Source of the DNA: Gemmatimonadales bacterium UBA2975
GTDB lineage: Bacteria; Gemmatimonadota; Gemmatimonadetes; Longimicrobiales; Gaopeijiaceae
Reading direction: 5' to 3'
NCBI GenBank assembly: GCA_002348265.1
Contig: DEAT01000022.1
Location: 131,792 to 195,791 of the forward strand
DNA length: 64,000 nt
Shown here: positions 62,991 through 64,000 of the stretch, one piece after another
How the letters are laid out: every line of letters starts with the position of its first letter
Position numbering within the stretch: the first letter of the stretch is position 1
Notes under the pieces: generated by a model
Seen by the model: only the letters and a program-made list of their open reading frames with translations
The model's database searches: none
What the model was told of the DNA's origin: nothing
Program-made: the position numbers and the translations under genes

Positions 62991-64000
62991 ATGTCCACCT
63001 CACCTCCAATCGCGATCGTAGGCATGAGCTCCCTTTTTGCAGGGAGTCATGACTTGCTTGGCTTCTGGCGTGATATCGTATCAGCGACGGACCGTCTTAC
63101 GGACGTTCCACCGCATGCTTGGCTGATCGAGGATTACTACGACCCGGATCCAAGCGCGCCTGACATGACGTATGCTAAGCGTGGTGGTTATCTCGATCCT
63201 GTTGCGTTTGATCCGATGGAATTCGGCATGCCGCCAACGACGATTCCTGCAACGGACACGGCACAACTTCTCGCATTGATTGCGGCGAAACGAGTCCTGC
63301 AAGACGCAGGAAAGTATTCGGATGAGGCGGACCTAAGCCGGACAAGTGTGATTCTCGGTGTCGCATCTGCTACGGAACTCGTAGTTGAGATGGGTTCACG
63401 GCTTCATCACCCGCTATGGCGAAATGCCCTGCGCAAGGCAGGACTTCCTGAGAGTAGAGTTCAGGAGATCGTTCAGTTGATCAAGGATCATTACCAGCCT
63501 TGGCAGGAGAGTACTTTCCCAGGATTACTGGGGAATGTGGTAGCTGGTCGAATCGCCAATCGTCTGAACCTTGGTGGCTCAAATTTTGTGACGGATGCAG
63601 CCTGTGCGAGTTCGATTTCAGCCCTGCAGGCTGGTCTCCATGAGCTTTATCTCGGTGACAGTGACATGGTTATCGCCGGGGGCGTGGATGCTCTCAATGA
63701 CATCCTCATGTACATGTGTTTCTCCAAGACGCCGGCTTTCTCGCCCACAGGCGATTGTCGGCCTTTCTCAGAAGACGCGGACGGCACCCTGATCGGAGAG
63801 GGTGTCGGAATGCTTGCCTTGCGTCGACTAGAAGATGCCGAGCGCGATGGCGACGAGATTTATGCGGTGATCCGTGGGCTTGGCGCGTCTTCGGATGGTA
63901 TGGGATCAAGCGTGTACGCACCACGACCCGAAGGGCAGGCTAACGCTCTGCGCAGGGCCTACGACAAAGCAGACTATAGTCCGGCCACGGTAGAGCTCGT
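62991..64000 (+). CDS. pfaA: 5' part of a PfaA-like multidomain PUFA/polyketide synthase (ketosynthase domain), truncated by window end
   Basis: The frame is open from ATG 62991 to the window end and is not in the ORF track. It translates to MSTSPPIAIVGMSSLFAGS...WRDIV, with the KS active-site motif TDAACASSISAL, then GDCRPFSEDADGTLIGEGVGMLALRRLEDAERDGDEIYAVIRG. Confidence 0.85.
   Translation, partial: MSTSPPIAIVGMSSLFAGSHDLLGFWRDIVSATDRLTDVPPHAWLIEDYYDPDPSAPDMTYAKRGGYLDPVAFDPMEFGMPPTTIPATDTAQLLALIAAKRVLQDAGKYSDEADLSRTSVILGVASATELVVEMGSRLHHPLWRNALRKAGLPESRVQEIVQLIKDHYQPWQESTFPGLLGNVVAGRIANRLNLGGSNFVTDAACASSISALQAGLHELYLGDSDMVIAGGVDALNDILMYMCFSKTPAFSPTGDCRPFSEDADGTLIGEGVGMLALRRLEDAERDGDEIYAVIRGLGASSDGMGSSVYAPRPEGQANALRRAYDKADYSPATVEL

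Noticed and set aside
1-64000. Search for tRNA/rRNA genes, CRISPR arrays, IS elements, integrases, toxin-antitoxin pairs or known defence systems
   Set aside because: Reading the intergenic regions (all under ~330 bp) and all ORF translations showed no cloverleaf-like sequences, repeat-spacer arrays, transposase/integrase/recombinase motifs or recognisable defence-system proteins. This was done by eye and is not exhaustive.

Overview
This is a gene-dense chromosomal window with about 50 protein-coding genes on both strands. Intergenic gaps are short and several neighbouring genes overlap by 1-4 nt at start/stop codons. I recognised no rRNA, tRNA, CRISPR array, transposase, integrase or prophage genes. 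The content mixes two classes. Housekeeping and central-metabolism genes include a short RpoD-type sigma factor, RsgA, SucA, heme A synthase, a giant NAD-glutamate dehydrogenase, PgeF, an acyl-CoA dehydrogenase and an M20 dipeptidase. Secreted or outer-membrane proteins include a penicillin-acylase family enzyme, a SusC/SusD pair, a VPS10/BNR protein, FG-GAP/VCBS, YVTN and LVIVD/choice-of-anchor-B propellers, and a cupredoxin lipoprotein. The SusC/SusD pair, the short sigma-A, DUF2723 and the many CarboxypepD_reg domains suggest an FCB-group bacterium (Gemmatimonadota- or Bacteroidota-like); this is inference only. The most notable observations are these. (1) An OsmC/Ohr-family gene is interrupted by an in-frame TGA exactly where the catalytic Cys should be, with a GC-rich hairpin 19 nt downstream, so it is a candidate selenoprotein with a SECIS element. 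(2) A single 836-aa polypeptide fuses an SbcD/Mre11-like phosphoesterase to an SbcC/Rad50-like zinc-hook protein, and nearly all nuclease and ATPase catalytic motifs look degenerate. (3) A pfaD-pfaA PUFA/secondary-lipid synthase locus runs off the 3' end of the window. (4) The giant NAD-GDH is start/stop-overlapped with a SusC/SusD locus that is flanked by two 'plug-only' proteins. (5) A GGAACA-NN-TGTT motif is shared by the ECF-sigma and susC upstream regions. All functional calls come from reading motifs in the supplied translations; no database searches were run.
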